Origin: an uncultured Gammaproteobacteria bacterium
GTDB taxonomy: Bacteria > Patescibacteriota > Microgenomatia > CAZETR01 > Amesbacteraceae
Length of the DNA: 64,000 bases
Direction of reading: 5' to 3'
NCBI GenBank assembly: GCA_964518565.1
Contig: CAZFGX010000001.1
Location: 460,470 to 524,469, forward strand
Of the stretch, positions 57,690-64,000 are shown in pieces (position 1 is the stretch's first letter; each line of letters starts with the position of its first letter). The notes under the pieces were generated by a model. That model saw only the letters and a program-made list of their open reading frames with translations. It was not told the DNA's origin and searched no databases. Made by a program: the position numbers and the translations under genes.

Positions 57690-58727
57690 GTGGTAGAACA
57701 ATTGACGGCGCGTGAACAAAAACAAAATGTCGAAATTCTCTCACCACTCGGATTCATCCTCGACCTTCGCCAACATATCTATCAGGCAAAAGATCATATT
57801 TACATCCAAAGTATGAAAATTGACTGGTACGGCCATGCTGTAGGATTGTTATATCCAGCATTATTAGACGCTGCCAAAAAAGGTATTCATATTGAGCTAA
57901 ACTACGATCAAATAAATGAGGTCCTCATCGAAAATTCCCTGCGTCATTTACGGCATGAAAAATATTTGGATATGCGCAACCAGCAAAATCAACAAATATT
58001 TGAACAACTTTTACAAGCCGGCGTAAAAACGAACATATCCCACCCATATCGATCCACCAGTGAACGATTAAGTATTTTTTCAGGTCGAAATCATATCAAA
58101 GCGTTTTTAGTAGACCAGACTGCTTGGCTTGGCGGACTCCAATTGAGCGAAGATCTCGTATCTCGATGTGATTTTATGCTTAAAATTACCTCTCCCTCCA
58201 TCATTTCAACGCTCAATCGTCTCACAACGTCTCCTTGGCCAAACAAAAACACACATATTCAATGTGACTCACAATCATCTCTTATTCTCGACAGTGGACG
58301 AGAATCTTCCTCTCGAATATTGGATCACATGTGTGCTTCTATTGGCAAAGCAAAAAGCACAATTGATTTTGTCAGTGCCCACGATCTCGATGATCCACTC
58401 GGTAAAGAGTTGGTCTCAGCTCAAAAGCGTGGAGTCAAAGTTCGTTATTATTCTTCAGACCCTTTTATAAAACGGAGTGGTATTGAGACATGGCACTTTC
58501 CCTCATCAGCCAACAGAGACATTGCCAAATATTTCTATCCAAACCAACGTGTTCACGCAAAAGTATTACGCGTCGACGATTCGGTCTATATCGGTTCTCA
58601 CAATGGCACCAGCAAATCGCGCTTCCTACACACTCGTGAAATGCAGCTAGTAACCACGGAGTCAAGCATTGTTTCACTCGTTCAAAAATGGGTAGATCAA
58701 AGACACCATCTTGCCTACAAATACTAA
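57690..58727 (+). CDS. phospholipase D family (cardiolipin-synthase-like) protein
   Basis: two HxKxxxxD motifs (HIKAFLVD, HAKVLRVD); GTG 6 nt after TATAAT. Confidence 0.82.
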   Translation: MVEQLTAREQKQNVEILSPLGFILDLRQHIYQAKDHIYIQSMKIDWYGHAVGLLYPALLDAAKKGIHIELNYDQINEVLIENSLRHLRHEKYLDMRNQQNQQIFEQLLQAGVKTNISHPYRSTSERLSIFSGRNHIKAFLVDQTAWLGGLQLSEDLVSRCDFMLKITSPSIISTLNRLTTSPWPNKNTHIQCDSQSSLILDSGRESSSRILDHMCASIGKAKSTIDFVSAHDLDDPLGKELVSAQKRGVKVRYYSSDPFIKRSGIETWHFPSSANRDIAKYFYPNQRVHAKVLRVDDSVYIGSHNGTSKSRFLHTREMQLVTTESSIVSLVQKWVDQRHHLAYKY

Positions 58728-58737
58728 GCTTTGCTAA

Positions 58738-60666
<1,929 letters not shown>

Positions 60667-60668
60667 AT

Positions 60669-60881
60669 ATGCACGAAAAAGATATCGGTCGCATTGTCGT
60701 CAAACAAGATATCAAAGAACCGCTTCCAGGTGGGGGATATGAGCGCAAACGTGTCCGCCTAGCCACCTGGACCACCAATGTTCCAGAAATGCTGCGTATC
60801 TTAATAAATAGTGGACTACATGTCAGAGCACACATCTTTCGCAAAGATGGTACCAAAACCGTTAAATTATCCGACGAATAA
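60669..60881 (+). CDS. small hypothetical protein
   Basis: 70-aa ORF starting 2 nt after the gyrB stop. Confidence 0.5.
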   Translation: MHEKDIGRIVVKQDIKEPLPGGGYERKRVRLATWTTNVPEMLRILINSGLHVRAHIFRKDGTKTVKLSDE

Positions 60882-60898
60882 TTTGTTATAATACCCAT

Positions 60899-61438
60899 AT
60901 GAATTTCCTTCACGACATCCCCGCAGGTGACCCAAAAAAGCTCCTCAACGCCATCATTGAAATTCCAGCTGGAGCTAAAATCAAATACGAGTACGACAAC
61001 AAACTCCAAGTTATTAAAGCTGACCGTTTTCTCTACACTGCCTTTGCATACCCGTTCAACTATGGCTTCATTCCAGGCACTTGGAGTGAAGATGAAGATC
61101 CACTCGATGTTGTTGTCGTAGCTAGTGAAAAAATTGAACCGTATATGCTTGTTGAGGTTCGTGTTATTGGAATGCTCGAAACAGAAGATGAGGAAGGTAA
61201 AGATGCCAAACTTATCACTGTTCCAAAATCAAAAATCGATCCCGTCTATGCCAATGTTGAATCAGTGGAAGATCTGGGAGATGCCCTCAAAAACAAAATT
61301 AAGCATTTCTATGAAACCTATAAAAGTATTGAGCCTGGAAAATGGGTCAAGGTGACTGGCTGGCTAGACAAAGCTGCAGCAATTAACACTGTTGAATCTG
61401 CTATCGAGCGCTACAATGCCCACGTTAAAACATCTTGA
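60899..61438 (+). CDS. ppa: family I inorganic pyrophosphatase
   Basis: KYEYD, YPFNYGFIPGT, DEDPLD. Confidence 0.95.
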   Translation: MNFLHDIPAGDPKKLLNAIIEIPAGAKIKYEYDNKLQVIKADRFLYTAFAYPFNYGFIPGTWSEDEDPLDVVVVASEKIEPYMLVEVRVIGMLETEDEEGKDAKLITVPKSKIDPVYANVESVEDLGDALKNKIKHFYETYKSIEPGKWVKVTGWLDKAAAINTVESAIERYNAHVKTS

Positions 61439-61970
61439 TAAATTTGGTGCTACCTTAGTCGTAGTTTGTCTTATCTTTGTTGCGATTGGCCTTTCCCGCG
61501 GATTAGGATCCATGTTTTCATCTTCTCCTACTGGGTCATCCGGCCCAGCTACTAGCCCAACGCCTAGTCGCCCAACCCCTACACCCGGCCCAGGTCCAAA
61601 AGTTTTCACCAGCGTCTCCCAAACGTTTGCCTTTGGCTATGTTGACAACTGGACAGAACTGCCAAGCCAAATTGATGGCGATGTGACTCTTACAGCTTTT
61701 AAATCATGTGACCAAGTCGCCCTTGTGTTGACCGAAACCAAAAACCAAACACTGACCAAAAATACCAAACTCGAAATGTCAAAAGTCGACGGCCAGGATG
61801 CCTATATCACCACAGAAAAAGATAAAAGTACCACCATTGCTATAAACGATGCTATCAGAAACCAAGTAATTCAACTCAAATTCACCCCAACCTGCGGACA
61901 AAGTTTGGATGAGGCCAAACAAAAAGAACTGACGCCGTTATTACACTCGTTTACGTTTGAATCCAATTAG
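61416..61970 (+). CDS. membrane-anchored hypothetical protein (PsbP-like) with Pro/Thr linker
   Basis: TM, PTP repeats, F.F.Y..W and SFTF ends. Confidence 0.6.
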   Translation: MPTLKHLDKFGATLVVVCLIFVAIGLSRGLGSMFSSSPTGSSGPATSPTPSRPTPTPGPGPKVFTSVSQTFAFGYVDNWTELPSQIDGDVTLTAFKSCDQVALVLTETKNQTLTKNTKLEMSKVDGQDAYITTEKDKSTTIAINDAIRNQVIQLKFTPTCGQSLDEAKQKELTPLLHSFTFESN

Positions 61971-61994
61971 GGCTTCTGATAATATAACTGCGGC

Positions 61995-64000
61995 ATGAAT
62001 GATAATTCTGAAAACACATCCATAGGCAAACTTCGACCAGTCGAAATTACGACGGAAATGCAAAAAAACTTCTTGGACTATGCCATGTCCGTTATCGTCG
62101 CCCGAGCTTTACCAGATGTTCGTGACGGTCTTAAGCCTGTACATCGTCGAATCTTGTACGCCATGTGGGATACAGGCCTACGCGCCAGTGGCAAACCGAA
62201 AAAGTCAGCTACGGTTGTAGGAGAAGTATTGGGTAAATATCACCCGCATGGTGATGCGCCAGTCTACGAAGCAATGGTTCGTCTGGCCCAAGAATTTTCC
62301 ATGCGCTACCCACTTATTGATGGCCAAGGTAACTTTGGCTCCATAGATGGCGACCAACCTGCTGCCATGCGCTACACCGAGGCCAAACTGAGCCGCATTT
62401 CCGAAGAAATGCTTTTTGATATTGAAAAAGAGACCGTGGAAACTGGTCCAAATTTTGATGGCTCAATCCAAGAGCCACTTATCCTTCCGGCCAAACTTCC
62501 CAATCTTTTACTTATGGGTTCCGACGGTATCGCAGTCGGTATGGCAACCAAAATTCCACCACACAATTTGACCGAAGTTGTCGACGCCATCACTCATCAA
62601 ATCGACAATCCAGATTGTTCTGTCGAAGATCTGATGGCATTTGTCAAAGGACCTGACTTCCCAACATACGGCAATATTTACGACACTAAAGCAATCGCCG
62701 AAGTCTACGCCACTGGACGCGGTCGAATAGTGGTCCGTGGTAAAGCAGAAATCGAAGAAACAAAATCCGGCAAATCAGCGATTATCATCACCGAAATTCC
62801 TTATCAAGTAAACAAAGCTGACATGATAGTCCGGATTGCCAATCTAGTTCATGAAAAAAAGATCGAAGGCATTTCAGATCTTCGCGACGAATCTGATCGC
62901 CACGGAATTCGTGTCGTTGTCGAGCTAAAACGTGACGCCAAACCCAAAAGTATTCTTAACAATCTCTACAAACACACATCACTTCAAACCACCTTTCCTG
63001 CCAATTTTGTGGCTCTTGTAGATGGAACTCCTCAGACACTTGGTCTAAAAACTATTTTGGCTGAATATATCAAACACCGACAGCTCGTCGTCACTCGCCG
63101 TACTGAATACGAATTAAAAATTGCCCGTGCCAGAGCACATATCTTAGAAGGACTAAAAATTGCACTCGATCATTTAGATGCTGTAATCAAAACAATTCGT
63201 GAATCCAAAGATTCCGAGGAAGCTCGTCAAAACTTAATGTCTCGATTTGGTTTATCAGAACTTCAAGCCGTTGCAATTTTAGACATGCAACTTCGTCGAC
63301 TTGCAGCTCTAGAACGACAAAAAATCGAAGAAGAATACAAAGCTATTATGAAATATATCGGCGAATTAGAAGATTTGCTCGCTCATCCAGAAAAAATTCT
63401 CGCAGTAATCAAAAAAGAATTAGCCGAAATCAAAGAAAAATTTGGTGACGAACGTCGTACAAAAGTCTACAAGCTCCCAATAGGGGAGTTCTCTGAAGAA
63501 GACCTTATTCCAGCAGAAGATGTTGTCATTACCGTCACAGCAACTGGTTATATCAAACGCCAAAATCCCTCAGCATTCCGCACTCAGGCTCGTGGAGGCA
63601 AAGGAGTAACAGGCATGACCACCAAAGACGAAGACGAAATTGCTCATATTCTGACCGTCAACACCCACGACGACATGTATTTCTTCACCAATCGCGGCCG
63701 AGTCTTTAAAATCAAAGCCTACGATATTCCCGAAGGTTCTCGCCAAGCCAAAGGCCAAGCAATTGTAAACTTGATCAATATTGAACAAGACGAAAAACTC
63801 CAAACTGTTCTAAATTTGGGCAAAGGTGATGATTTCAAATTCCTACTCATGGTCACTGACAATGGCACAATCAAAAAAACCAAACTGACAGAGTTTGACA
63901 GTATCCGACAATCTGGAAAAATCGCCATCAAACTTGAGTCTGGTGATAGTCTCAAGTGGGTCAAGCCAACTACTGGATCTGACCAAGTCTTAATCGTTTC
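61995..64000 (+). CDS. gyrA: DNA gyrase subunit A (runs off window)
   Basis: translated by hand: [40 protein letters not shown], GyrA-box QARGGKG. Confidence 0.97.
   Translation, partial: MNDNSENTSIGKLRPVEITTEMQKNFLDYAMSVIVARALPDVRDGLKPVHRRILYAMWDTGLRASGKPKKSATVVGEVLGKYHPHGDAPVYEAMVRLAQEFSMRYPLIDGQGNFGSIDGDQPAAMRYTEAKLSRISEEMLFDIEKETVETGPNFDGSIQEPLILPAKLPNLLLMGSDGIAVGMATKIPPHNLTEVVDAITHQIDNPDCSVEDLMAFVKGPDFPTYGNIYDTKAIAEVYATGRGRIVVRGKAEIEETKSGKSAIIITEIPYQVNKADMIVRIANLVHEKKIEGISDLRDESDRHGIRVVVELKRDAKPKSILNNLYKHTSLQTTFPANFVALVDGTPQTLGLKTILAEYIKHRQLVVTRRTEYELKIARARAHILEGLKIALDHLDAVIKTIRESKDSEEARQNLMSRFGLSELQAVAILDMQLRRLAALERQKIEEEYKAIMKYIGELEDLLAHPEKILAVIKKELAEIKEKFGDERRTKVYKLPIGEFSEEDLIPAEDVVITVTATGYIKRQNPSAFRTQARGGKGVTGMTTKDEDEIAHILTVNTHDDMYFFTNRGRVFKIKAYDIPEGSRQAKGQAIVNLINIEQDEKLQTVLNLGKGDDFKFLLMVTDNGTIKKTKLTEFDSIRQSGKIAIKLESGDSLKWVKPTTGSDQVLIV

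Overview
Chromosomal window from a reduced-genome bacterium using genetic code 11. It is most likely Patescibacteria/CPR of the Microgenomates type; this is inferred from gene content, truncated housekeeping proteins and widespread leaderless-type starts. Positions 1-9.6 kb look like a decayed island integrated at the tRNA-His 3' end. It carries a Cu-ATPase, a three-gene PLP-enzyme operon behind a His/Cys-rich RSPP-ending membrane protein, and a dead serine recombinase. Next come a TatA/TatC pair beside a tailspike-like beta-helix protein, two paralogous vWA minor-pilin cassettes, 12 intact tRNAs, a cdaA-ybbR fusion, dinB, translation genes, a PBP, recG, the type IV pilus core and gyrB/gyrA. 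Main finding: three tRNA genes (Arg-TCG, Gly-TCC, Leu-TAG) each have an upstream duplicate of their 5' part. Each duplicate is interrupted by a 56-77 bp hairpin element and then resumes 6-8 nt of tRNA sequence. The Gly copy carries a small GIY-YIG nuclease gene and the Leu copy is a 143-bp tandem array. This is a candidate tRNA-targeting hairpin/GIY-YIG system. All calls are by eye from motifs; no database searches were run.
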